Source: Candidatus Iainarchaeum sp.
GTDB taxonomy: Archaea > Iainarchaeota > Iainarchaeia > Iainarchaeales > VGJJ01
Assembly (NCBI GenBank): GCA_030688545.1
Contig: JAUYHT010000006.1
Coordinates: 300,001-332,000, forward strand
DNA: 32,000 bases
Direction: 5' to 3'
Part shown: positions 7,201-16,591 of the stretch, piece after piece
Layout: each line of letters opens with the position of its first letter
Numbering within the stretch: the stretch's first letter is position 1
Made by a program: the position numbers and the translations under genes
The notes under the pieces: generated by a model
Databases searched by the model: none
What the model saw: the letters and a program-made list of their open reading frames with translations, nothing else
What the model was told of the DNA's origin: nothing

Positions 7201-8586
7201 CTATTTTTCCCCGAAGAATCCTTTGAGGGCGGGGTGCAGGTCCATGAGCTGCGCCTTCGCCAGTTCCTCGTATAACCGATACACGATCCCCACGGTCAGC
7301 AAAACCCCTGTTCCGGAAACCAGGGAGGCCGTGGTGATATCCGAGAGGCCCGCGAGGAGTCCTACGAAAATGGACCCCAATATGGTGACGTGGGGGATGT
7401 ATCGGTCCAACACCTTCTGCATGATTCTTGGATCCCGTCTGAAACCCGGGATGCTCATCCCACTCCTATCCAGTTGTTCGGAGACCGCTTTGCTTCCCTG
7501 TCCCCCTAATTCGATCCAGAATCGTCCAAAAACAACACACGCTCCCACGAGGAGGAGAATATAGACTAACGCCTGCAGCACCTCCATTCCCGTAGAAGAA
7601 GTAATTCCGAGTGTCAACAGCCCCTCCAGGAGAGAAAATCCTCCCCCCACTTGGGGGTAGCTGGTGGCCCATGCGAGGCCGGAGGTAATGGTGTTCGCCA
7701 CCGGGATGCTTTGGGTGATGGCCGCCCATAATTGGATGTTGGCGAACAGGGCAGCCGCCAGGATAACCGGCATGTTGCTCACATAGAGGAGTTTAACCGG
7801 AAATCTTCCTCCCGCCCCGGTTTGCCCCATGGCGATGGGAATGTTCACATGCATCCCTTCTGCGAATACGATGACGAGGAATATGAGTAGCACGAATATG
7901 ATGGGTAGAAAACCCACGAAGGCCTGGTAGGCGTTTCCTTCCAGCAAAGCCTGGCCGATGGTGAAGATACGTCCTGCGCTCCCGAAGGCGTCCGCGGGCC
8001 GGAATACTTGCCAGAAGAATCCTTGCGACACCCCTCCGGCGATGAACAATCCTATTCCGCTCCCAATCCCCCACTTACTGACTAACTCATCCAAGTACAT
8101 GAGGATAATGCTCCCCACCGCGATCTGTAGAACAACGAAAAGGAACATCCCTGGGGCTGCCGTGAGAAACCCCACTCCCTGCACTCCGAATCCCAAGAAG
8201 GCCGCTCCCTCGAAGAAGGATAGGATAATAGCCAACAGTTTCTGAGCCGCCGTGAACCGGGCTTTGTTCTCTGGAATGGATAGGTCAATCTTCAAAAATC
8301 CGCCGCCCACCAATAGTTGGAGAATGATGGAAGCCAGGACAATCGGCCCAATCCCCACCGTGATCAGGGATCCAATATCCGAGGCCAGGATGGTCTGCAG
8401 GGCTTCCGATTGGACCTCGGATTCTCCCGTCAGCCCAATGAGGGCTACTTGCCCCATGGCGAAGAATAGGATGAGGGCGAGGGCGCTGTAAATCAGGCGT
8501 GTCTTGAGCGTGGGAGTGGTTTCGGGCCGTCGCACTTCGGGAAGGAGCTTGAGGATTGGGTCTAATCGTTCGAAGAAGCCGCTCAT
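7201..8586 (-). CDS. secY: preprotein translocase subunit SecY
   Basis: 461 aa with about 10 TMs, in the canonical position after rpl15 (ATGA overlap). The N-terminus is typical of SecY/Sec61alpha: LPEVRRPETTPTLKTRLIYSALALILFF. Confidence 0.95.
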   Translation of the reverse strand: MSGFFERLDPILKLLPEVRRPETTPTLKTRLIYSALALILFFAMGQVALIGLTGESEVQSEALQTILASDIGSLITVGIGPIVLASIILQLLVGGGFLKIDLSIPENKARFTAAQKLLAIILSFFEGAAFLGFGVQGVGFLTAAPGMFLFVVLQIAVGSIILMYLDELVSKWGIGSGIGLFIAGGVSQGFFWQVFRPADAFGSAGRIFTIGQALLEGNAYQAFVGFLPIIFVLLIFLVIVFAEGMHVNIPIAMGQTGAGGRFPVKLLYVSNMPVILAAALFANIQLWAAITQSIPVANTITSGLAWATSYPQVGGGFSLLEGLLTLGITSSTGMEVLQALVYILLLVGACVVFGRFWIELGGQGSKAVSEQLDRSGMSIPGFRRDPRIMQKVLDRYIPHVTILGSIFVGLLAGLSDITTASLVSGTGVLLTVGIVYRLYEELAKAQLMDLHPALKGFFGEK

Positions 8587-9068
8587 GGGCTATCTCCTTC
8601 CCCCGCCACAGGGTCTGCGACTTTCGTCTCGCCCGTGCCGGATTCGAATCCTTCTTCTATCTCTCCGTCCGCGCCTTCTATCTTGGTGCGCGCTTTCTCG
8701 GATACGCGTATATGTTGAACGTAAATGGGGATACCTATTTCTCCTCCCCCGAGTAATTTGGATATTCCCACGCGCCGCCCATCCACGATGAGCATCCCCT
8801 CTTCTTCTTTGACCCATCCTTTCTCTTTCCACCCGGGCAAGGCGGCGGCGACCTGGCCCACGTTCAAAGCTTTCCCTTTGGGTTGGCCTTTCAATCGTAC
8901 TTTCTGTCCGAATGTCTGCCAGTATTTGGAGAACTTGTGCTTTTGGCTTCCCGCTCGTCCTCTTCCACCCCTATTTCCCGCGCCCCGGTTGTTCTTGGTG
9001 TTCCCATGTCCATGCGTGCGTTTCCCGAGCTGGGTGCGGTTTCTCGTTTTTTGGCGGCGTACGACCAT
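8583..9068 (-). CDS. rpl15: 50S ribosomal protein uL15 with acidic C-terminal tail
   Basis: GKRTHGHGNTKNNRGAGNRGGRGRAGSQKHK. About 30 extra E/G-rich residues at the C-terminus. Confidence 0.93.
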   Translation of the reverse strand: MVVRRQKTRNRTQLGKRTHGHGNTKNNRGAGNRGGRGRAGSQKHKFSKYWQTFGQKVRLKGQPKGKALNVGQVAAALPGWKEKGWVKEEEGMLIVDGRRVGISKLLGGGEIGIPIYVQHIRVSEKARTKIEGADGEIEEGFESGTGETKVADPVAGEGDSP

Positions 9069-9078
9069 ATTCTTTCCC

Positions 9079-9540
9079 TCACATCATCGACTGGACCAGA
9101 GAATCAATTCCATTCGTATAGGGTCCCAGCGACCCTCCCACCCGGGTGGATTTTTTAATGCCTTTCCTGGCAAATCCCCCTCGAGGGGCATTCAGCCTGA
9201 AAACGGGTTTGATTCCTAAGGCTATGAGCGTGATTTTTTCTTCCGCAATGGCTTTCCCCGCTTCCTCGAAGGAGGCAAGGTGATGCTGTTTCAGCCAGTC
9301 GTCCGTTACCCGTAAGTCACCTGGCCTTCGACCCCGTTTGGCAAGCAATTGGGCGATGGTCTCCGGGGCTATTTTCCCATACCCGATGTAATCCTTCACC
9401 TTGTGGATCATTCCTTTCGTCACCGGGTTATCGGGCACCAGCACTAAATGGTTTTTCCGGTCGAGCTGGAGCAAGTCCAATGTCTTTCGTATGTCGTGAC
9501 GCACGTCCTTCAAACCCCGAATGCGGATGAGGGCGAGCAT
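9079..9540 (-). CDS. rpl30: 50S ribosomal protein uL30
   Basis: LALIRIRGLKDVRHDIRKTLDLLQLDRKNHLVLV. Confidence 0.93.
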   Translation of the reverse strand: MLALIRIRGLKDVRHDIRKTLDLLQLDRKNHLVLVPDNPVTKGMIHKVKDYIGYGKIAPETIAQLLAKRGRRPGDLRVTDDWLKQHHLASFEEAGKAIAEEKITLIALGIKPVFRLNAPRGGFARKGIKKSTRVGGSLGPYTNGIDSLVQSMM

Positions 9541-10334
9541 CAGGTATTCCCTCCCGTGGCAGCGAATTTTCGTTCTATGTCCGGGGAGATGCGCACGCGA
9601 TTCAATCGTTCAAGGGCATTATAGGCAGCCCGCACGAAGTTGAGTTTGGTGTCGCTCGACCCTCTAGTTTGTCCCCAAACATCCGTTATTCCGGCGAACC
9701 TGAAAACATCCTGGATCTGCTGCCCCACCACTAAACCGGTGCCCCGGGGGGCGGGGTGCAGGGTGACGCGCACACTTCCCGAACGTCCGGTCACCTTGAA
9801 TGGAACACTCCGCGTAGTCTTAGAGAAATCCTCCCAGCTCCCTGAGCCGGTGCGCACGGGCATGAGGTTCATCTTGGCATTCCGCGTGGCTTTCCGAATG
9901 GCTGGGAACCTTTCCTTGTCCGAGCCCATGCCCAATCCGATATATTTCTTCCCATCCCCCACCAGGACGAAAGCAGAAAAGTTGAACTTCCTTCCAGAAG
10001 AACGGACATAGGCTGTTTTTCGGGTGTCAATGAGCTTGTCCATGAGATCAGGGATGAGGAGGTCCACGATGGGTTCTTCCTTAATGGGGAGGTTGCGGGC
10101 CCACAGCTCTTCCATCGTCGAAATATCCCCCTGTTTCACTAGGCGCCCAGCTTCCGTCTTGGGGTTCCAGTCCAGCAATGCCTGTTGCCGCATCTCCTCT
10201 CCCCGGGTCATCGCGGGGGTCGGGGTGTCCCCATCCACGGGGGTTTCCCCTCGCCGGGGACTGATTCCACGTCGGGAATCTCCTCCCCCGCGTCGGGGTC
10301 CTTTTCCAATAGGTTTTCGTCGATCGTTTCTCAT
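9540..10334 (-). CDS. rps5: 30S ribosomal protein uS5 with R/G/P-rich N-terminal extension
   Basis: FSAFVLVGDGKKYIGLGMGSDKE and GTGLVVGQQIQDVFRFAGITDVW. About 45 extra N-terminal residues. Confidence 0.94.
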   Translation of the reverse strand: MRNDRRKPIGKGPRRGGGDSRRGISPRRGETPVDGDTPTPAMTRGEEMRQQALLDWNPKTEAGRLVKQGDISTMEELWARNLPIKEEPIVDLLIPDLMDKLIDTRKTAYVRSSGRKFNFSAFVLVGDGKKYIGLGMGSDKERFPAIRKATRNAKMNLMPVRTGSGSWEDFSKTTRSVPFKVTGRSGSVRVTLHPAPRGTGLVVGQQIQDVFRFAGITDVWGQTRGSSDTKLNFVRAAYNALERLNRVRISPDIERKFAATGGNT

Positions 10335-10915
10335 GACTTCAACCCCATTTCAATCTGCTGCTTGGCCCGTTCCACCATGCGTGAGAATGCGGGCCAATCC
10401 CCATTCTTCTTGGCGTATGTGGAGAACTGCACCGTATGCTTTTTAGACGCCTCGTGTCCCGCGAAGGCTTCGATGTGCTGCCCCTTCAGACGGGATTCGG
10501 CGGGGAAAGCGTCCGGGTTAGCGGGAATATTTATCCCTGCGTCGCGGAGGCCTTTCACCGTGGCAAATAAACGGGTGCCCCGGATGGGGCGTTGCACCCC
10601 AATGTCAATGATGGCGGCCTTCCCTTCTTTCCCCAGAAATTTCTTTCCCGCGAGATACCCCACCAAGTAAGCGGCGGGAATATTTCCCCCATGCCCCGTG
10701 TAGGCATACGTGGATAATTCCCCCGTATGAGCGGCTGTGATAACATGATCCATTCCCTTTTCGGATCGGACGAATTGTACGCGCACGTGGTTGGTGCTTT
10801 TCCGGATGACCGCGCGCACGGCTCCGCTTTTGAGGAAAGCGAGCCGTTTGGTATAATTGGTGCGCCCTTCCCGTCGCCGTCGGAAGGAGGTTTGGAACGT
10901 GCTCGTCTTGGTCAT
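10331..10915 (-). CDS. rpl18: 50S ribosomal protein uL18
   Basis: FRRRREGRTNYTKRLAFLKSG...VRVQFV. ATGA overlaps on both sides. Confidence 0.94.
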   Translation of the reverse strand: MTKTSTFQTSFRRRREGRTNYTKRLAFLKSGAVRAVIRKSTNHVRVQFVRSEKGMDHVITAAHTGELSTYAYTGHGGNIPAAYLVGYLAGKKFLGKEGKAAIIDIGVQRPIRGTRLFATVKGLRDAGINIPANPDAFPAESRLKGQHIEAFAGHEASKKHTVQFSTYAKKNGDWPAFSRMVERAKQQIEMGLKS

Positions 10916-11349
10916 GCCTTTTCCTCCTTGGCAATAGTCTCGAGGTGGCGTTTTCCTCGGAACACGTTCCCTTTGACCTGGCGGTAGAGTTTAGCGTAAT
11001 TTCCTTTCAGCTCGCCACTGGTTCGCATCTCGCGCAGTTTTTTGCGGAGGGATCGGACGCGGGCGATCCATTGCTTCTTGGGTTGTGTCCGCGCTTTCTT
11101 GGTGCCGGTGCGTTTCCCCATGCCTGATTTGCGTCCTTTCCTTTTCTTGGCGTGCAGGATGCGTGCACCTCCGCGGGAATGATAATGGTCTTTCCGCTTG
11201 CGCACGATGCGCTGGGCGACCAGTTTGCGCACGTCATCCCGGGTCATGGCTTCCGTGGCGGGCTTTATTTCCGTGGGGTTGATCCAGATCTTGCTTTCTC
11301 CCACATCCAGGATGTCGGCGGCCATGCGTTTGAGTTTGCGTGGATTCAT
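10912..11349 (-). CDS. rpl19e: 50S ribosomal protein eL19 (L19e)
   Basis: LKRMAADILDVGESKIWINP...HYHSRGGARI. Confidence 0.93.
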   Translation of the reverse strand: MNPRKLKRMAADILDVGESKIWINPTEIKPATEAMTRDDVRKLVAQRIVRKRKDHYHSRGGARILHAKKRKGRKSGMGKRTGTKKARTQPKKQWIARVRSLRKKLREMRTSGELKGNYAKLYRQVKGNVFRGKRHLETIAKEEKA

Positions 11350-11362
11350 CAGGCATCCTCCG

Positions 11363-12067
11363 TCAGTTCAATACCTTGATCTTCTTTTCGTTCGCATAGG
11401 TGATGAGCTGGATGCGCTTTTTCCGGCCCACCGTAGCGGCGATGCGGGCCGCTTGAGTCTTTCCCAGGCTATCCAACTCTTTCTTCGTGGCGACCCGCAC
11501 CTCGTCGTACCCGGAAGGGTGTTTTCCCCGAATGGTTTTGGGCATCCGATACCCGGTTTGGGGGTAGGCTCCATCATCTTTGCGGCGCAGGATATCAATG
11601 CCCCGGGGCTTGCGCCACTTGTCAAATTTAGGATTGTTTCGCGTGCGCAGGTTCTTTTTTCCAAACCGTCCCCAGAAAACGGGTTTCCATTTTCCAATGA
11701 GATCTCCCTGGATGGCCTTTATCGTATCTTCTGTGCGCACCTTCTCTTTTTTCACCCATGCGTCCTTTTTCCCTTTTTTCTTGACGGTTTTTTCCACCCC
11801 TAATTTCTCGTCCTTTTTTGCCCCTTTCTTCAATTCTTTTTTATCATTAAGAGTGGGTTTAGCGGGGTCGGTAGCCGTTTTTGTTCCTTCAGGAATTGCT
11901 GTTTTTGTTTCTGATTGGGACATATTCTCACCGATAGATTTACTTTTGATGGAAACAGGCTTCGATGTCTTTTGATCCGTTTGGGTTTGGCCGGCTGGCT
12001 GATTGGGGCGAGCATTTTTTTCCGGCGCGACAGGCGAGTTGGCTGGAATATTGGTTTCGTCGGTCAT
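11363..12067 (-). CDS. rpl32e: 50S ribosomal protein eL32 (L32e) with ~105-aa K/T/E-rich N-terminal extension
   Basis: The conserved part is FDKWRKPRGIDILRRKDDG...GYRMPKTIRGKHPSGY. The ATG at 12067 overlaps the rpl6 stop (ATGA), which supports the long form. Confidence 0.88.
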   Translation of the reverse strand: MTDETNIPANSPVAPEKNARPNQPAGQTQTDQKTSKPVSIKSKSIGENMSQSETKTAIPEGTKTATDPAKPTLNDKKELKKGAKKDEKLGVEKTVKKKGKKDAWVKKEKVRTEDTIKAIQGDLIGKWKPVFWGRFGKKNLRTRNNPKFDKWRKPRGIDILRRKDDGAYPQTGYRMPKTIRGKHPSGYDEVRVATKKELDSLGKTQAARIAATVGRKKRIQLITYANEKKIKVLN

Positions 12068-12615
12068 GCGGGGGTCCCTTTGCTCGTGATGTAAATCCCA
12101 TCCTGGAATACGCGTTGGTCTTTTTTCGTGTTGCGGCAGGCATTCTCGATGTTGGCGGCGGTCTGGGAGACCGCTTCCACATTGTTGCCAGTGATGGTGA
12201 TTAATTTTCCCTTCACATCCACTTTAGTATTATCCCCCACGATCCGGGCGAAGCGGGGGTTTTTCTCTCCCAGATAATTAGCTATTTCAAGCGTCCGTTC
12301 CTTCACCTTCACATTCATGGGGAAGTGGGAGTGGACAATGGCCAGGGTGTACACATAGGGGGTTTGCAACCCGTGGATGAGATTCTTGATATGCGATTCA
12401 TACGTTCGGAGGATGGCCAGGGTCTTCCGTTTGGTGTTGAGGGGGGTGAGGATAATGGCTTCTCCTTCCACTTTCACCTCAACCGATGGCTCGCGCAGGA
12501 TCTTGAGGGTGGAGGTATTTCCTTTGGTAAAGGTAAGCGTTCCCCCCTCGTAGTGGGCGGTGGTGCCTGCGGGCAGCCGGGTGGTGATGATCTGTTCTCC
12601 CATATAATTATCCAT
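12064..12615 (-). CDS. rpl6: 50S ribosomal protein uL6
   Basis: Two-domain L6 pattern: VEVKVEGEAIILTP...IKNLIHGLQTPYVYTLAIVHSHFPMNVKV. An alternative ATG is at 12603. Confidence 0.93.
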   Translation of the reverse strand: MDNYMGEQIITTRLPAGTTAHYEGGTLTFTKGNTSTLKILREPSVEVKVEGEAIILTPLNTKRKTLAILRTYESHIKNLIHGLQTPYVYTLAIVHSHFPMNVKVKERTLEIANYLGEKNPRFARIVGDNTKVDVKGKLITITGNNVEAVSQTAANIENACRNTKKDQRVFQDGIYITSKGTPA

Positions 12616-12632
12616 CCTGTTCGGAAACCTTT

Positions 12633-13025
12633 TTAGTAGACGTAGGCCAGGAGCCTCCCCCCGATAGCCTTAGCTTTAGTCTCATCGTGCGCCAACACCC
12701 CTTGGGAGGTGGACACGATGATCGTGCCCATGTCCTTGGCGGGCAGGTATCTTTTCTCAAACCGTTCGAAGTCATTCCGTTTCACCGCATACCGGGGCTT
12801 GATCGCGGCCACTTGATTGATGCGTCCGATGAGTTCAATTCGGTAGAGGCGTTTGTTTCCTTCCTCGACTGGTTCGAAATGACCCACGTACCCTTTCGCC
12901 TGGAGGACGCGTAATATTTCTCCCAGGAGGCGGGACGCTGGTTTGAGGAGGATTGTTTTTTTGGAGGCGTTTTCGCTGTTTCGGATGTGCGTCAGCGCGT
13001 CGGCCAGGGTGTCCATTTGTGTCAT
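12633..13025 (-). CDS. rps8: 30S ribosomal protein uS8
   Basis: MTQMDTLADALTHIRNSENASKKT...GGRLLAYVY. The internal ATG at 13025 avoids overlap with rps14, so the longer track ORF is rejected. Confidence 0.92.
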   Translation of the reverse strand: MTQMDTLADALTHIRNSENASKKTILLKPASRLLGEILRVLQAKGYVGHFEPVEEGNKRLYRIELIGRINQVAAIKPRYAVKRNDFERFEKRYLPAKDMGTIIVSTSQGVLAHDETKAKAIGGRLLAYVY

Positions 13026-13039
13026 GTTCCGTCTCCTCC

Positions 13040-13207
13040 TCACTCGTACTTCTTGAATCCCATCATGGGGGCGAACTCTTTGAAGCATCGTCGGCATAAG
13101 TCAACCCCATATTTGCGGATCAGGCCCTTGTTGTTTTTGCAGTTTTTGCAGAAGGGTCGCGGCCGCTTTTTTTTCTCTTGCTTCATCCGTTGTTTGGCCT
13201 CATTCAT
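13040..13207 (-). CDS. rps14: 30S ribosomal protein uS14 (zinc type)
   Basis: [25 protein letters not shown] (CxxC...CxxC). The ATG at 13207 lies 1 nt after the rpl5 stop. Confidence 0.9.
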   Translation of the reverse strand: MNEAKQRMKQEKKKRPRPFCKNCKNNKGLIRKYGVDLCRRCFKEFAPMMGFKKYE

Positions 13208-13208
13208 C

Positions 13209-13724
13209 TCAAACCACCTTTGCCCCGAATGTTTCATTCATGAACGTCATGGCATCCTCTTTGGTGATGCGGTGATGTTTTCCCACTTTCCCGGGTCGAA
13301 GGGCGCGGCGTTTGATGCGGTATCCTTTCCGTTCCAGGGTCACCAGGACATCGAAACCCCGGATTCCCATCTTGGGATCATATTTGATTCCGGGGAGATC
13401 GATATATTCCCTGATCCCAAACCCAAGGTTCCCATTTTTGTCGAAATTGCGTTTGGTGAGTGTGTTCTCTTTGGCGACGAGGGCGTTTTTGAGGAATGCT
13501 TCCGCTGTTTTCTTGCGAAGCGTGGTTTTCACCCCGATGGGAAGGCCTTCCCTTATTCCCCACGCGGGAATCTTCACTTTGGATTTGGTCTGCACCACTT
13601 TCATACCCGTTATCTTGTGCAGAATTTCTCCTGCTTTCTTGAGGGGTTCCCCTGTTTCCCCCACCCCCATGTTGACGGTGACCTTTTCGATGCGTATCCC
13701 CCGCATGGGATTATCTGTTTTCAT
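13209..13724 (-). CDS. rpl5: 50S ribosomal protein uL5
   Basis: [22 protein letters not shown]...[15 protein letters not shown]. Confidence 0.95.
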   Translation of the reverse strand: MKTDNPMRGIRIEKVTVNMGVGETGEPLKKAGEILHKITGMKVVQTKSKVKIPAWGIREGLPIGVKTTLRKKTAEAFLKNALVAKENTLTKRNFDKNGNLGFGIREYIDLPGIKYDPKMGIRGFDVLVTLERKGYRIKRRALRPGKVGKHHRITKEDAMTFMNETFGAKVV

Positions 13725-14488
13725 GGCGCTTCCTCCTCAGAGGAAATAGGGATGAGGGGGTTCGTTTCCTGTATCCATCCCGCCGTCGTCTCATCGATGA
13801 CCATGATATTGCGTATCGTCGTCTGGAATTTCTCTTTTCCCTCGGCCAGATTCACTAATTTCTTCCGTTTCATCGTGCCGGGCACTATTTCCTCCACTTT
13901 CGCCACTTCCCCGACGTGGGTCCCCCCAATGATAAACACGCGACTCCCTTTCTGTAGGGGGAGATGTTCCCCCATCACGTGTCCGTCTTTCATCTGGACA
14001 ATAACCGAATCGTCCACTTTCATGAGAACGTCATTATTCGGCGAATAGACATACCCATCCTGCGTCTGGACAAGGATTTTGTTCCCTTTCACCCTAGTTT
14101 TTCTAACGATTTTCACTGGCTTCTGGCCCGCTCGATCAGCCGGGGTTTCACGGGTCATTAACCTCCCTTTCCCGTCCAGGAGGAGGGTGTATTGCTTCTT
14201 CACGGTGGGGATGGAAATGATGTCAAACAACCCCACGGGATACCGATATTCCTTCCGGGGGATAGTGTCCACGTGGATGTTTCCCGCGGATATAATTTGG
14301 CGGGCCTCCCGGAGCGTGCGGGCTATTTTCAGCAGATCGCGCACCACGAATCCCAGGGGCACGCTGGTTTCCCGGGTATATCCTCCCGAATTCTGTCGGA
14401 TGGCCCACACGTGTCTCTTCCTCTGGAGATGACGGATGGGGGCGACGGCGAGGCGCTTCTGTTTGGTGGGGTTTCCTTTCTTAGCCAT
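13721..14488 (-). CDS. rps4e: 30S ribosomal protein eS4 (S4e)
   Basis: KRLAVAPIRHLQRKRHVWAI...YRYPVGLFDIISI, plus a KOW-like C-terminal half. Confidence 0.94.
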   Translation of the reverse strand: MAKKGNPTKQKRLAVAPIRHLQRKRHVWAIRQNSGGYTRETSVPLGFVVRDLLKIARTLREARQIISAGNIHVDTIPRKEYRYPVGLFDIISIPTVKKQYTLLLDGKGRLMTRETPADRAGQKPVKIVRKTRVKGNKILVQTQDGYVYSPNNDVLMKVDDSVIVQMKDGHVMGEHLPLQKGSRVFIIGGTHVGEVAKVEEIVPGTMKRKKLVNLAEGKEKFQTTIRNIMVIDETTAGWIQETNPLIPISSEEEAP

Positions 14489-14495
14489 ATTTTCT

Positions 14496-14981
14496 TCACT
14501 CCCTTTTTCCTTCCGTGATCAGGGGATTCGGTATCATCGTCCTGCTCTCATCCTTATTTGGAACGGAGGGTTTTTCCTTCTTGTTTATGGAAGAAATTCC
14601 TTTCCCTTTGGTTTCCGTCGCTGGGGCTTTTCCTCGCTTGGCATGGGAGAGGCGACGTTTATCCTTCCCATCCATCCCGGTAACAAGGAGATTACTAGGT
14701 TTGAATCCAACGAAGGCCTCTTTCCCATCGGTCTTCTTGTGAGTGAATCCCTGCAAAAACACCTTGTTCCTTTTGGAGTCAACCTGCGTCACATTCCCTG
14801 TTTTTCCTTTGTAGTCCCCGCGCGCCACCTTCACCGTGTCGCCCACTCGAAGGGGGAGGGCGCGCGTCTTATGCTTCTGCCTCAGTTCCTTGGAGAGGGG
14901 GGCGGCCATCATACGGTGGTGCGTGCGTTGGTCGGCCTCATACCAGATTAGGCGTTGTTTGCGGGGGTTGATCGATGCCAT
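14496..14981 (-). CDS. rpl24: 50S ribosomal protein uL24 with ~50-aa K-rich C-terminal extension
   Basis: KOW motif LRVGDTVKVARGDYKGKTGNVTQVD. Confidence 0.93.
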   Translation of the reverse strand: MASINPRKQRLIWYEADQRTHHRMMAAPLSKELRQKHKTRALPLRVGDTVKVARGDYKGKTGNVTQVDSKRNKVFLQGFTHKKTDGKEAFVGFKPSNLLVTGMDGKDKRRLSHAKRGKAPATETKGKGISSINKKEKPSVPNKDESRTMIPNPLITEGKRE

Positions 14982-14991
14982 GTTGCTTCAC

Positions 14992-15390
14992 CTACACGAT
15001 TCCTGCTGAGATTCCAGCTATTTTGGGGTAGCGTTCCCCCACTTCCTTGGCCACAACCCCCTTGATCTCGGAGGCTTTGGGCAACCCTTTGTCGTCTACG
15101 AGAACAACGGCATTATCTTCAAACTTGATCCGCGTGCCATCCGGGCGGCGGCATTCTTTTTTTGTCCGCACGATCACCGCGCGTTCAACCTTGCTGCGAA
15201 TCTGGGGTTTACCCGTTTTCACCACTACATTAACTAAATCCCCTAATCCTGCCGATGGCTGCATACGTTTACGGGCAGTGTGGCGGAACACCGATATGAT
15301 CTCCACCTCTTTCGCTCCCGAGTTGTCGGTGCAGATGCATCGGGATTTCTTGGTTAATCCTTTGGTGATGGAGGCGCTCAGGGCTTTCAT
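14992..15390 (-). CDS. rpl14: 50S ribosomal protein uL14
   Basis: CTDNSGAKEVEIISV...AVIVRTKKECRRPDGTRIKFEDNAVVL. Confidence 0.95.
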   Translation of the reverse strand: MKALSASITKGLTKKSRCICTDNSGAKEVEIISVFRHTARKRMQPSAGLGDLVNVVVKTGKPQIRSKVERAVIVRTKKECRRPDGTRIKFEDNAVVLVDDKGLPKASEIKGVVAKEVGERYPKIAGISAGIV

Positions 15391-15770
15391 TCTTTTTCCT
15401 CCGGCTTTTCCTTTTCCATTTGCTTAGCGCGCACGTGCATCCCTTCCGTCATATCCTCATGGATGATTTCCCCGCGCGTGTGACCTATAATCTCGGTGAC
15501 CAGGAAATTCTTGGTCTTGCTGATCTTCCGCGTTTCACCTATGCGAACGATATCATTCTCCTTGGCGTTGATCCATTCTGGATTGTGGGCGTGGATCTTG
15601 GATTTGACCTTCTTGTACCGTTCAAACTTCCGGCTGTAGGCCACGGATTCCCTCAATATGGTAACGGTTTGGGGGGTCTTAGCCGCGATCACGCGCCCTA
15701 CGAATTCGCTTCCGCGGACACGCAGATTGGCGGCCTTGCCGGTTCGCAGGGGACTCTTTTTCTTAGGCAT
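15387..15770 (-). CDS. rps17: 30S ribosomal protein uS17
   Basis: GRVIAAKTPQTVTILRESVAYSRKFERYKK...NDIVRIGETRKISKTK. The ATG at 15770 overlaps the rnp1 TGA by 1 nt. The track start at 15785 is an alternative. Confidence 0.92.
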   Translation of the reverse strand: MPKKKSPLRTGKAANLRVRGSEFVGRVIAAKTPQTVTILRESVAYSRKFERYKKVKSKIHAHNPEWINAKENDIVRIGETRKISKTKNFLVTEIIGHTRGEIIHEDMTEGMHVRAKQMEKEKPEEKE

Positions 15771-16066
15771 CAGCGGTTCCCCCATAGTGCTTTCAATCGT
15801 CCCACCGGGGAATACAATAGGTTTTTCCCTTCCAGTATCACCTGTTCATCTCCCAGGTTGAAGGCAAATATGCTTTCATTCTTGGGAACCATTTTGATCC
15901 CTTTCTCCGTTTCCACAGTGAACGTGCGTTGGGTTTCGTCCACGATTTTCCCTTCTATCTTCCCTTTATTCGGGTCGCGGCTGGTGACCACATGAACGTT
16001 TATTCCAATGAGTTCGTGGACCGGAAGGCGTTCCGGGGTGATGATGTATTTTTTCCCTTTAATCAT
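15770..16066 (-). CDS. rnp1: RNase P protein component 1 (Rpp29/Pop4)
   Basis: ELIGINVHVVTSRDPNKGKIEGKIVDETQRTFTVETEKG, in the canonical position between sui1/rpl29 and rps17. Confidence 0.88.
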   Translation of the reverse strand: MIKGKKYIITPERLPVHELIGINVHVVTSRDPNKGKIEGKIVDETQRTFTVETEKGIKMVPKNESIFAFNLGDEQVILEGKNLLYSPVGRLKALWGNR

Positions 16067-16358
16067 ATATTGAACTCTCCTTGAATCCTTCTGCTAGCAA
16101 TACCTTTTTCACTTCTTTCCTATGGTTCCCCTGCAATTCGATGCGGGTCTTGTCCAATGTTCCCCCGCACGCGAGTTTGCTTTTGAGCACTTTCACCATT
16201 TCCTTGGCGACCTCGGGTTCCAAACCTTCCACAATAGTAATGTATTTCCGGAACCGGCGTTGTTCCAGACGGATGGTTATTTTTTGGCTTTCCTTGGCGA
16301 TTTGTCCGCAGACACAGATGTTTTTGGGCAATCCGCACGTGGCACATATGCTTTCCAT
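16059..16358 (-). CDS. sui1: translation initiation factor aSUI1 (eIF1 homologue)
   Basis: N-terminal CATCGLPKNICVCG, then ITIRLEQRRFRKYITIVEGL...LACGGT...IELQGNH. Confidence 0.92.
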   Translation of the reverse strand: MESICATCGLPKNICVCGQIAKESQKITIRLEQRRFRKYITIVEGLEPEVAKEMVKVLKSKLACGGTLDKTRIELQGNHRKEVKKVLLAEGFKESSIYD

Positions 16359-16360
16359 GC

Positions 16361-16591
16361 TCAGGTCTTCACCTCGTTCCCCGAAGACGGGGTTTTCATC
16401 CCCTTCTCCTTCTGGATGGTTAGTATTCGCGCAATCTGCACCCGGATGGTGCGGGCTTTCCCGGGGTTCTCCGGGCGCGTGTTGGTTGACTTAACCGCCT
16501 GTTCCTTGGCGAGGGCGTTGCGCAGCTCCTTCAATTTGAGAGCCGCCTCATCCTTCCCCATGGCGCGGAGGTCATTGAGGCGCTTATTCAT
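16361..16591 (-). CDS. rpl29: 50S ribosomal protein uL29
   Basis: 76 aa, LRAMGKDEAALKLKELRNALAKEQ...RVQIARILT. Confidence 0.92.
   Translation of the reverse strand: MNKRLNDLRAMGKDEAALKLKELRNALAKEQAVKSTNTRPENPGKARTIRVQIARILTIQKEKGMKTPSSGNEVKT

Noticed and set aside
7201-8586. Check for inteins, introns or frameshifts in secY, tuf and the large ribosomal protein genes
   Set aside because: All are single uninterrupted frames of normal length with contiguous family motifs. No insertion-like segment was seen.
12987-14048. 353-aa plus-strand ORF antisense to rps14, rpl5 and rps4e
   Set aside because: It lies entirely opposite three unmistakable ribosomal protein genes. Its translation is F/H/C/P-rich with no recognisable motif. 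Long stop-free antisense frames are a known by-product of codon bias in highly expressed genes.
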